IMG/VR virus record: IMGVR_UViG_3300036864_000176
Location: 4,486 to 68,485 of that record
DNA from: a virus
DNA: 64,000 nucleotides
Direction: 5' to 3' (one strand)
Positions 53,731 through 61,851 of this stretch are shown here, piece by piece. Below the pieces are notes generated by a model, which did no database searches, was not told the origin of the DNA, and saw nothing but the letters and a program-made list of their open reading frames with translations. Within the stretch, counting starts at the first letter, position 1, and each line of letters begins with the position of its first letter. Made by a program: the position numbers and the translations under genes.

Positions 53731-55004
53731 TGCATCACCTTCGGATGAGTGACGATCCGGGATTCAAATTGCTTGACCTGTCCGACGAGCCGCAGTCCGT
53801 CAGGTGTACGGCACCGCGACATCGCGACGTAGAGCATGAAGGGCGACGTGAAGAACTGCGAGTGGAAAATAACCTGCACCTGATCCAAAGAAAGACTCTG
53901 GGATTTATGTACGGTCGAGGCCCACCCCAAACGCAGTGGCAGGTAGGTGATCGATCCTTCGACGGCCTGCCGCGGCATCTTCACGCCTTTGTTCCCGGTC
54001 GCTGATCCCTTCTCACGGGTAACCGATTCGACGTTCACTTCCTGCCCGGTCCGCAGCAGCTTCACTCGCGCGGTCCGCTCACTCACGCGGCCGACGTACG
54101 TCCCGAGGTCGCCATTGCAGTAGATCAACGGAGCAGGAGGATCAGAGGGGTCATCCTTCGGATAGCGGCGGTTGGCGAGGATCATCACCAACGCGCCGGG
54201 CTTCAACTCCAAACGATCAGGGATTTGTTTCAGCCATTCGCTCGCCTGCTTCCCGTCCCGCTTCGCGTCGTAGAAGTCCGACTTCGCGATCAGTTGCAGC
54301 AGCCGCAGCTTGTTGTGCCGGTCCACTTCGTCGTTCTTCGCAAACAGCGTCGTGCCGTTGAAATTCGATTCCTGCACCGGCTGGATGCGGGAGCCGAAAT
54401 AGTCGAGCGCCAGTTTCCGGTCGCCACGACGTACTGCATGAAGAGCAGTGATGAAATCCGGGTTGGTCTGTCGCCACTGCTTCCGCAAGACAATCGTGTT
54501 GTGCTGGAAGCGATCCCAACAGGGCGATTCAAAGGCGTACGGTGCGTTCACTGGGCCAAGTTGCAGGAAATCGCCAACCACGGTCAGCCCGAGTGTCGGC
54601 CGGTCATGCTCGACGTACCACTGATTCAGATCCTCGATGGCCGTCACAAGGATGGTGATCTGCTCGGCCGGGCACATGGAAATTTCGTCGCAGACAATCC
54701 GGGTGTAGCCCGATTCGACCAGCCGCTTGAGGAACACACTCAACCGCCCGACTTCGTACGACGAGCGGAGGTCTTCGGTCGAGTAGTACATCAAGAGGGA
54801 ATTGATCGTGACTGCACCGGCGCTGAGGTTCACGGCGCTGATCCCCGTGGTCGTGCAGAGCACGGCGTCGTCGTAGTTCTCGGCCCGTTCCCGAATGAGA
54901 TGGGTTTTCCCGGAGCCTGCGACGCCGGTGAGGAATTGGAACACCGGTTCGGTCTCCGGCGTCAGAACGACGACCGGTTCGTCAGCGACGGCGGTCTCAG
55001 ACAT
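53721..55004 (-). CDS. Pif1/RecD-like SF1B helicase
   Basis: TGVAGSGKT, TTGISAVN, DEISM, GDFLQLGPV, PLRLGWASTVHKSQ, YVAMSR. Confidence 0.93.
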   Translation of the reverse strand: MSETAVADEPVVVLTPETEPVFQFLTGVAGSGKTHLIRERAENYDDAVLCTTTGISAVNLSAGAVTINSLLMYYSTEDLRSSYEVGRLSVFLKRLVESGYTRIVCDEISMCPAEQITILVTAIEDLNQWYVEHDRPTLGLTVVGDFLQLGPVNAPYAFESPCWDRFQHNTIVLRKQWRQTNPDFITALHAVRRGDRKLALDYFGSRIQPVQESNFNGTTLFAKNDEVDRHNKLRLLQLIAKSDFYDAKRDGKQASEWLKQIPDRLELKPGALVMILANRRYPKDDPSDPPAPLIYCNGDLGTYVGRVSERTARVKLLRTGQEVNVESVTREKGSATGNKGVKMPRQAVEGSITYLPLRLGWASTVHKSQSLSLDQVQVIFHSQFFTSPFMLYVAMSRCRTPDGLRLVGQVKQFESRIVTHPKVMQWA

Positions 55005-55025
55005 CGTGCTCTCTCCTTCACGCTG

Positions 55026-55253
55026 TCACGGCAGTTGCGCGCGAACGGCGGCGTCCTTGGCTTCGAGCAGCTTCCGAAGTGCCACGGTGCGCTCGGCGCC
55101 CGGCTTGACGTAGAGGGCGGTCCACTCGGCGAGTTCACAGTACTGCCGGCTGGTGTCCTGCAGCTCGCCTTCGGGTAGGTGCGCGTACTGAAAGAATTTC
55201 ATCAGCCGCTTGGTCGGTTCGTCTAGCGTGGCCGGTTCGTCCATCTCAGGCAC
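55026..55253 (-). CDS. Conserved small phage helical-hairpin protein
   Basis: FFQYAHLP..LQ..S...LA...GAERTVALRKLLEAKDAAVRA. Confidence 0.8.
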   Translation of the reverse strand: MPEMDEPATLDEPTKRLMKFFQYAHLPEGELQDTSRQYCELAEWTALYVKPGAERTVALRKLLEAKDAAVRAQLP

Positions 55254-55506
55254 CTCTCAGTTTGCAGACCACCGCTCTCGGGCCTTTGGCTGTTGACGTG
55301 ACGAGAAACGAGACCGGCGTGCCCTGCTCCAGCCGTGACCACGTGTCACCCTCGCAACAACTCATGTGCAGGAACGCTTCAATGCCCGTCTCATCACCAC
55401 GAACGAAGGCAAAGCCCCGGTCAGTGACGATCCGGATGACCGTCCCGTCGTGCCATTCTTCAGCGGGGGCGGAAGCCGCTGCATTGTCGCGCGCGTCGTT
55501 CCTCAC
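55246..55506 (-). CDS. Cold-shock domain protein
   Basis: GTVIRIVTDRGFAFV (RNP1), AFLHMS (RNP2), KGPRA. Confidence 0.88.
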   Translation of the reverse strand: MRNDARDNAAASAPAEEWHDGTVIRIVTDRGFAFVRGDETGIEAFLHMSCCEGDTWSRLEQGTPVSFLVTSTAKGPRAVVCKLRGA

Positions 55507-55880
55507 GATGGTTTTCCCTCCGGCGGAAAGTACTCCACGTCCCCGGCCGGGGCATCCGTGTCCTGCGCCGGGGCGGGCTTCTTCGCCTCAATCTCCTGCG
55601 CCTTCGGATAGCTGACCGCGGTCAGAATGTCGATCGGGGTGCTGTTCTGCACAATGAGCGGCAACGTCACGGTCAGATCGATCTGATGCAGGCCCGCCGG
55701 CTGGCGCGGGTCGATGATCGGTCGGATGTCGACGATCGTCAGCACCAGCGGCAGGGCCGCATGGAGCTCGACCTGCACACCGGGGAAGAGCGGTCGGCGG
55801 AACCTATCGTAAATTCGCGTGGCTTGGGTGGCCATGAATCGAAGTCTCTCCTCTTGCTTCAGTCGTGCGGCTCGGCCCAT
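55503..55880 (-). CDS. Hypothetical protein
   Basis: MGRAARLKQEE...YDRFRRPLFPG..V; ATGA coupling. Confidence 0.6.
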   Translation of the reverse strand: MGRAARLKQEERLRFMATQATRIYDRFRRPLFPGVQVELHAALPLVLTIVDIRPIIDPRQPAGLHQIDLTVTLPLIVQNSTPIDILTAVSYPKAQEIEAKKPAPAQDTDAPAGDVEYFPPEGKPS

Positions 55881-56128
55881 GTCGTCTGTGGATCGCCGAC
55901 GGCGCCAGCGACGAGGGCATCGGTGCCTTCGTAGCGGCTGACGACGTAGCACTCGTATTCCTTCATCACCGCGGCGTCACCCGTTGACGAGATGTCTTCG
56001 GCCACGATCGACACGCCGAGGATGTGGTGGCCGTGCTCCTCCATCTTGCGGAGCGCGGCCTGCAGCCGCTGGTAGCAGCCGGCGTCGAAGCTGGCAAACC
56101 CGAATGTGAGGACGTTGACGTAGATCAT
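55859..56128 (-). CDS. Hypothetical protein
   Basis: MIYVNVLTF...; fills operon gap. Confidence 0.5.
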   Translation of the reverse strand: MIYVNVLTFGFASFDAGCYQRLQAALRKMEEHGHHILGVSIVAEDISSTGDAAVMKEYECYVVSRYEGTDALVAGAVGDPQTTWAEPHD

Positions 56129-56144
56129 CCCGTCACCAATCGAG

Positions 56145-56660
56145 TCACCATTCGAGGATCTGATCCACCGGCCCTGGCGGATCGGCCTGATCTTCCGGCT
56201 TGTGCTGCGGCGGCAGCTTCTCGACTTCAACCACCTCACCAGGGGACGTGGCGGCGGAACTGTGGGAAGCCGCCGCTTTCGCGAAAGGGCGCGCAGTGCG
56301 TTTCTTGCCCTTCTTCTTCTGCGGGCCTTTCTGCCGACGCGGCACGTACGGCACGGTGGCCGTCGTCGCGGGGGTCGGGAGCGGGTTCGGCGGCGGCGCC
56401 GGAATCGCCGCAGGGGGTGGCAGCACCGGCGCCGCTGCAGCTGTACTGGCAGCCGCAGCCGCGGGAATCGCCGGCCGGGCCGCGCGCAGCGGCGGCTTCG
56501 CGTCTTTCCCGACCTGCCGCTTCTTCCGCCGCTCGTCGATCACGCGGCGGACCAGCTCGTAGGCAATCTCCGCCGTCTCGAGCGGCGTCGATTCGAAGTA
56601 GCGGAGCAGCGTGTGGATCTGGGTCGCGCCCTGCTGGGCGGGTGTCATCTTGCGTGGCAT
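56145..56660 (-). CDS. Basic Pro/Ala-rich protein
   Basis: GAGG RBS; helical N-terminus, Lys/Arg patches. Confidence 0.65.
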   Translation of the reverse strand: MPRKMTPAQQGATQIHTLLRYFESTPLETAEIAYELVRRVIDERRKKRQVGKDAKPPLRAARPAIPAAAAASTAAAAPVLPPPAAIPAPPPNPLPTPATTATVPYVPRRQKGPQKKKGKKRTARPFAKAAASHSSAATSPGEVVEVEKLPPQHKPEDQADPPGPVDQILEW

Positions 56661-56681
56661 CGTCGTCCTCTCGTTTCAAAT

Positions 56682-56831
56682 TTGAGCGGCCCCAGGTGGA
56701 AGCCGTTGAACCTGCGGGCCTGAAGTCCCGCAGGCTGGCGATCTTGGAACGGTGAGTCTGATACAGGTGGCCGCGCTGTTGCCAGCAAGCCGGATCGTGC
56801 TACCGTCCGCACCACGCTCGGGACCGCTCAA
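56682..56831 (-). ncRNA. Candidate ~150-nt structured intergenic RNA
   Basis: 12-bp closing stem TTGAGCGGTCCC/GGGGCCGCTCAA; GCTG-GCAA-CAGC; 10-bp AGCCTGCGGG/CCCGCAGGTT. Confidence 0.55.
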
Positions 56832-56836
56832 CTCGT

Positions 56837-57127
56837 TCACTCGCGTGCTTGCTGCGTCTCGCGCTCGATCTCCGCGACGATCCGCAGCAGATCATCCGGC
56901 TCGATTACCGAAGCGGCCGTCTCGTTCGCCCTGAGCAGCACCCGTTTCACGTTCGCGCCGAACGCGACCAGGCGCTCATCGCCGGGGTCGTCGCGTTCGA
57001 CGGTTGTGGCCAGTTCCAGACCGTGCCGCAGGTGCCGCAACCTGATAAGGGTCGCCCCTTCATCGAGCGCCTCCTGCCGCGCCAGGACGAGCGCCCGCCG
57101 ACTGCTCGCGCTGAACCGTTCAAACAT
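56837..57127 (-). CDS. Stand-alone ClpC/ClpA N-terminal (Clp-N) domain protein
   Basis: MFERFSASSRRALVLARQEA...I...HL.HGL and second repeat F...VKRVL..A...IEPDDLL. Confidence 0.75.
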   Translation of the reverse strand: MFERFSASSRRALVLARQEALDEGATLIRLRHLRHGLELATTVERDDPGDERLVAFGANVKRVLLRANETAASVIEPDDLLRIVAEIERETQQARE

Positions 57128-57131
57128 CGGC

Positions 57132-57899
57132 CTAGAACGGAATCGGATCGTCCGCGAGCATCGCCGGGGTCGGCTTCAGGAATTTCTCGATTTGAAAGAA
57201 GCCTCTCAGCTTCGCCGAGCACTTCGGGCAGTAGGCGATGTCCGAGTACCCGCCGCGTTGACCATTCTGGGCGGGGAGCTTGAACGCTGACGTGTAGAGC
57301 CGGTGCCCGCAGCCATGCTGTCCACTCGGATCCTGAATCGACGCAACGAGCGTCGGATCGTTCGTATCGTGGATGTAGCGCACTTTCTCCGGGTTGCAGA
57401 ACGCCGACAGGCCGTGCTCGACCCGGAAGATTTTCCCGCCGAACTGCATCAGCGCATGGACCCACTCCGTGTTCTTCGAGAGTGGCCCCTTGTACTGGAG
57501 CGACTCCCGGAGCAGGTACGCGAGGTCGCTGACCAGCACGCGCGGCTCGCCTTTCCGTGCCCGGTTGCGGGGCTGGTTGGAGATCGACGTCGTCACCGGC
57601 GCGCCGTCATCTTCACTCCCGACGACGAGCAGCGGGTTGTCCTTGTCGAACCGGACGCGCAGGCGCTGGATGACGCGCGCCTTGTTCGGATCGGCCGGGT
57701 CCGGGACCGGGTTGCCCTGCTCGTCTTTCAGGATTTCGTCGTACGCCTCGATCAGGCTCGGCACATCGGACGGGAGCCTGAAGATGTGCGTACCCGGGAG
57801 CAGGGTCGGGAGACCTTGGCCCCCCATTTGAATCGGAAGTTCGGATGGTGTTTCCTCGATCACGTCGTCACGAATCGCGAGGTCGTTGATGCTGCTCAT
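57132..57899 (-). CDS. Single-stranded DNA-binding-like protein
   Basis: PTLLPGTHIFRL start; acidic DDPIPF tail; downstream of Sak4-like ATPase; AAGGAG RBS. Confidence 0.65.
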   Translation of the reverse strand: MSSINDLAIRDDVIEETPSELPIQMGGQGLPTLLPGTHIFRLPSDVPSLIEAYDEILKDEQGNPVPDPADPNKARVIQRLRVRFDKDNPLLVVGSEDDGAPVTTSISNQPRNRARKGEPRVLVSDLAYLLRESLQYKGPLSKNTEWVHALMQFGGKIFRVEHGLSAFCNPEKVRYIHDTNDPTLVASIQDPSGQHGCGHRLYTSAFKLPAQNGQRGGYSDIAYCPKCSAKLRGFFQIEKFLKPTPAMLADDPIPF

Positions 57900-58363
57900 A
57901 CGGTTCTCTCCTTTGTCGCTCTCCGTAGGTGTTTGTGCTGGTGCCAGTAGAAACGGCCACACGCACGGCAGCCACGACTGCCGTCCTGCCGCCGCGTCGT
58001 ATTTGCCGTGTCGAACGGGTGCCCGTGGATGCAGGCAGTCTTCACTGCGTTCAGCGCAGAGACGCTGATCCCACGAAGCCGATTCACCCGTCCGGTGACA
58101 AGCTCAAGGTGTGTCGGGTTGATGCAGTGCCGGACACGGCACAGATGATCCGGCTCCAGTCCAGGAGGAATCGGACCGATGAAGAACTCGTACGCCAACC
58201 GGTGAGCACGCCATATCTTCGACACAGGTACCCGCTGCGTGATCGTGCCGTAGCCTTTCGGCGTCAGGTACCCGGTGAACAACCAGCAGCCGTTGCTGTC
58301 CTGTTCGATCTTCTCCATGAGCCGATCGAACAGCGGTGTGTTCTCGATGCCCTTGATGCCCAC
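57896..58363 (-). CDS. HNH homing endonuclease
   Basis: GCWLF..GYG..AHR..PDHLCRVRHCINPTHLE; KTACIHGH..CRAC. Confidence 0.93.
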   Translation of the reverse strand: MGIKGIENTPLFDRLMEKIEQDSNGCWLFTGYLTPKGYGTITQRVPVSKIWRAHRLAYEFFIGPIPPGLEPDHLCRVRHCINPTHLELVTGRVNRLRGISVSALNAVKTACIHGHPFDTANTTRRQDGSRGCRACGRFYWHQHKHLRRATKERTV

Positions 58364-60180
58364 TACTTCGCCTCCGTTGCACTCGGGATCGGCGGACGCG
58401 TGGCACGGCGTGACGAGACCGCGCGTGTCGGGGGTGGCGTGGCAGGTGCCGCCGCAGCGGATGATGCGGTGGGTGCAGGTGCCGTGGGTGGCGTGGGTGG
58501 CGCTTCTTCTGTCTTCGGTGGCGGGACCAAGTGGAGATTGGCCTGCGCGGCCGCGGGCGAGACAGCGGGCTCAGCACCGGCGGGTAGCGGGGACGCAAGC
58601 ACGGTCTGTTGAACGGGCGCGGCTGGTGGCGTAGGCGGCATCGGTGGCCGTGGCACACCTGCGGCCGGTGGCGGGGCAGCCTGCCCGACCGGCACCATGC
58701 CTGCCACCGGCATCGGCAGCGGCCGCGCCGGACCGGCGGCAACGCCCACTGAAGCCGGCGTCCGGGTCAGCACGTCCTCTTGGCCATCGTCCGTGAACGG
58801 CTTGAGCGCGGGCGCATCGCGGTACTGCTCCCCGGCGCGCGCCAACGATCGCTTGAGCGCTTCGTCCATCCGGCGGAAGAAGAACTTCAGCGAGCAGGTC
58901 GTAAACGGCGGCTCACCTTCCTTGTCTTCGAGATACGCCGGGAAGTCACCCGGCTCGCCTCTGGTCTTCGCCAGATGCGGAATGTTGCCCTCATTCGGAT
59001 GCGCGTGCGTCTCCAGCCAGATCCGGTGCTTCATCGTCCCCGATGCAGTGGGGACTTTGCCGAGATTCAGGCAGTTGCCGAGCATCGATGGCAGTTCCGC
59101 GGTCTTCGCCGTGCCGGCGATCTTCGGGCCGAAGACGACGATGTTCGCGTCGTCGCTGCCACGGTTCTCCAGGAAGGTCGCAATCGGTGGGACGACCTGA
59201 TAGGGGATGCGCCGCATGTTGGCGAGCCACGATGCGACCCGGTTCTGGGCGAAGCCGTAGTGCGGCATCGAGTTGCTGCCGAACATCATCGAGCCGGAGA
59301 CAATCTTCGACGGCGCTCCCCGCAGGGCGTTGCGGTCGCCGCCGCCCATCTCGTCACGCGCCGACTTCTCGGCCATGTCGATCATGATCCAGTCCGACAT
59401 CGCCGTGACCGAATCGAAGATGTAGAGCCCGACGTGCTTGAAACCGGGCGAGCGGACGACTTCCTTCTCGGCCTTGCTCCAGTTCTGCATGGTGACGAGC
59501 GTGCGGCACTCCGGACAGGCGTGCTGGAAGTGGTCGAGCAGCTTCAGGGTATCGACCGTCTTCACGGGATGGCCGTTCGGGCAGTACACCGCCCACCGCT
59601 GGACCTGCGGCGCGATCAGGCGGACGTACGGATCGGCGTAGCCGGTGTCCGGGTCGAGGATCTTCTCCGGCCAGTACCCCAGTGAGGCAAATTCGGCGGT
59701 CTCAAACGGCTCGATGTGATTCCGGGGCGTCCAGATTTGGGCAATGCCGAGCTTCGCCAGCCGAATCAGCTTGTTGCCGAAGCCCCCGGAGTCGAAGTGG
59801 TAGACGCGCGCGATGCGTCGGTACACTTCCCAGGTGTATTCGATCGCCTCACAGACCTGCGAGGTCTTGCCTGAGCCGCTGTCCCCAACGAGGCCGGTCA
59901 CGGCGTTCGCCTGACTGGTTGGGTCCGCCGAGAGCGCCGCCATGCGCGCCTCGGCGTCGGATGCGGCCGCGGCTTGCTCCGGGGTGGCCGGTGTCGTTTC
60001 GGCAGCGTCACGCACGACGGGCGGCGGCAACGGTTTCGCTGCTTCAGGCGGCTTGGCCGGTTCGGGCCGTTGCGGTGCGGCCTGCGGTGCCGCGGGACGG
60101 GCGATCGCCGCCGGCGGGGGCGGTGGTCCTGGCGGCGGCGGCGCCGGGGGCCGAGGAACGGGCGGTTTCGGTGTGGCCAT
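58363..60180 (-). CDS. Sak4/AAA_24-like P-loop ATPase with Pro-rich termini
   Basis: GDSGSGKTS, YIFDSVT, GPKIAGTA...LP; nuclease-ATPase-SSB gene order. Confidence 0.75.
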   Translation of the reverse strand: MATPKPPVPRPPAPPPPGPPPPPAAIARPAAPQAAPQRPEPAKPPEAAKPLPPPVVRDAAETTPATPEQAAAASDAEARMAALSADPTSQANAVTGLVGDSGSGKTSQVCEAIEYTWEVYRRIARVYHFDSGGFGNKLIRLAKLGIAQIWTPRNHIEPFETAEFASLGYWPEKILDPDTGYADPYVRLIAPQVQRWAVYCPNGHPVKTVDTLKLLDHFQHACPECRTLVTMQNWSKAEKEVVRSPGFKHVGLYIFDSVTAMSDWIMIDMAEKSARDEMGGGDRNALRGAPSKIVSGSMMFGSNSMPHYGFAQNRVASWLANMRRIPYQVVPPIATFLENRGSDDANIVVFGPKIAGTAKTAELPSMLGNCLNLGKVPTASGTMKHRIWLETHAHPNEGNIPHLAKTRGEPGDFPAYLEDKEGEPPFTTCSLKFFFRRMDEALKRSLARAGEQYRDAPALKPFTDDGQEDVLTRTPASVGVAAGPARPLPMPVAGMVPVGQAAPPPAAGVPRPPMPPTPPAAPVQQTVLASPLPAGAEPAVSPAAAQANLHLVPPPKTEEAPPTPPTAPAPTASSAAAAPATPPPTRAVSSRRATRPPIPSATEAK

Positions 60181-60210
60181 CGGTTTGTCTCTCCTTCACT
60201 TCTCCTTCAC

Positions 60211-60921
60211 TCACTCCTGGTCCGGCGTGCCCGGCCCGCGGCTCACGCGCGCTACCGGCACATGCGGCGTGAAGCTGCCGCGATCGAACGACGGGCGCGG
60301 GCCCTCGCTGGCCGGCCGCACCGCTGGCCCCTGCGGGCCTCTAGGCGCGCTCGGCGGCGGGGGCGGCATCCCCGGGCTCGGCCGGACGGGTGGCGGCCCC
60401 AGCGGGGCGCCAATGGGTCCACGCGGGGCGGGTGGGGGCCCGCCGTAATAACCCTGGGTGGTCCAATCGGTCTCCGATTCGGGGTAGTTCGGCCACGCCT
60501 GACGGATCGCTTCGCGCGTCGGCTGCCGTGGACGGCGCATCTCACCCAGCCGCGGAATCATCGGCCGCGTCAGTGGGATCCCCGCCCTCCCGGTCATCTG
60601 CTCCAGGTACTCGACCTGCTGCTTCAGTGCGGACACCTGAGCCGTCAAATCGTTGACGGCATCGACCAGTTGATTGACCGTCGGCAGGCTTTCCTCGAGC
60701 ACGGCCATCCGGTCTTCGGCGACCGCCGGCGCGGTGAGGCTCGTCGCGATCGCGTCCTTGATCTGATCCAGCTCGCGGTAGCCGCCGCCCAGCTCCAGCG
60801 GCAAGGTGTCGCTGCCCGGCGCATCGAGCAGCAGCGTGTAGGTGCCATCGTGCTCGGGTCGCGCGATGAGCATGATCGGGCGCGGCAGGTTGGTCGGATC
60901 GAGGGCTTTGGGATCAGCCAT
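60211..60921 (-). CDS. Coiled-coil, Pro-rich hypothetical protein
   Basis: Heptads then Pro-rich tail. Confidence 0.65.
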   Translation of the reverse strand: MADPKALDPTNLPRPIMLIARPEHDGTYTLLLDAPGSDTLPLELGGGYRELDQIKDAIATSLTAPAVAEDRMAVLEESLPTVNQLVDAVNDLTAQVSALKQQVEYLEQMTGRAGIPLTRPMIPRLGEMRRPRQPTREAIRQAWPNYPESETDWTTQGYYGGPPPAPRGPIGAPLGPPPVRPSPGMPPPPPSAPRGPQGPAVRPASEGPRPSFDRGSFTPHVPVARVSRGPGTPDQE

Positions 60922-61198
60922 AGGTATCCCCCTGTTCACGTTTCAGCTGTTCCACCACCCACCGATCGACCACCGCCTGCAGGATGCTCGCGGCTTCCGC
61001 GAAGGCGGCCGCCTGGGTCGGGAGCCGCCGGCCGCATTCGGCCAATTTCTCCTGCAGATCCTGGCCAAGGTCTTCGACCGCGAAGACCAAGGACTGCCGC
61101 GGCTCCCGGCGACGGCGTCGTGTCATGCGGACCGCTCGATCGCCTCGGCGACGCGCACAATCGGGATCTATCGTCGGTCGGTAGTCCTTCGCGGCCAT
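60914..61198 (-). CDS. Hypothetical protein
   Basis: GAGGAGG then TGATG coupling. Confidence 0.55.
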   Translation of the reverse strand: MAAKDYRPTIDPDCARRRGDRAVRMTRRRRREPRQSLVFAVEDLGQDLQEKLAECGRRLPTQAAAFAEAASILQAVVDRWVVEQLKREQGDTYG

Positions 61199-61413
61199 CA
61201 CTCCTCCTCGTACCAATTCGACTCCCCGAGCGGGCACTCTTCTCTGAGCAGCGCCAGGCAGCGCTTCCGGCTCTCGCGGCCGACGCCGAAGCTCTCGGTC
61301 TCATGGCCGCAGGCCGAGCAGGTCGCCCGCACGCCGGCGACGTCGAGCGGCTCGCCCAGCGGGTTCTCCTCCTTCAGGGCGACGACGGCGATGCTGGCTT
61401 CGATCTTCGCCAT
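61198..61413 (-). CDS. Small 4-Cys protein
   Basis: ATCSACGHETESFG...RCLA.LREECP.GE.N.Y. Confidence 0.7.
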   Translation of the reverse strand: MAKIEASIAVVALKEENPLGEPLDVAGVRATCSACGHETESFGVGRESRKRCLALLREECPLGESNWYEEE

Positions 61414-61851
61414 CTACGATCGCGGGCGTACCGGTGTCGAGACGGCCCGTTCGGGTGTCCAACCACGCCGTAACCGTCGCCACAGCGTACCGATGTGGAG
61501 TCCGGAGACTTCCGCCCACTCCACCAGCAGCCGAGGCACGCCATTGACGACGATGACGCGATTCGTCGATCGATTGCGCTGCTGCTGTTGCCAGGTCGCC
61601 CACCGGCAGTTCCCCGGCTCGTAGTTGCCGTTGACGTCAGGCCACCGATCCAGCGTATGCGACCGCGACGGCTTGCGTCCCATGTCGGCGAGGAAGTTCA
61701 CATAGTCCCGCCAGCGGGCACAGACGGTAATCCCCCGGCCACCGTAGCGGTCGTAGTCGTGGCAGGTCGGGTTCGTACACCGCCCGATCATCGCCATCCA
61801 GGCAAAGTGTTCCGGGGTCTTGTGCGACTCGCCGTGCAGCCGTGTGCCCAC
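61414..61851 (-). CDS. HNH-type homing endonuclease (YGGRG family) with C-terminal HTH
   Basis: HGESHKTPE..W..M..RC.NP...YGGRGITVC..W...DMG.KPS..HTLDR..NGNYEPGNCRWAT; TAGTG overlap. Confidence 0.92.
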   Translation of the reverse strand: MGTRLHGESHKTPEHFAWMAMIGRCTNPTCHDYDRYGGRGITVCARWRDYVNFLADMGRKPSRSHTLDRWPDVNGNYEPGNCRWATWQQQQRNRSTNRVIVVNGVPRLLVEWAEVSGLHIGTLWRRLRRGWTPERAVSTPVRPRS

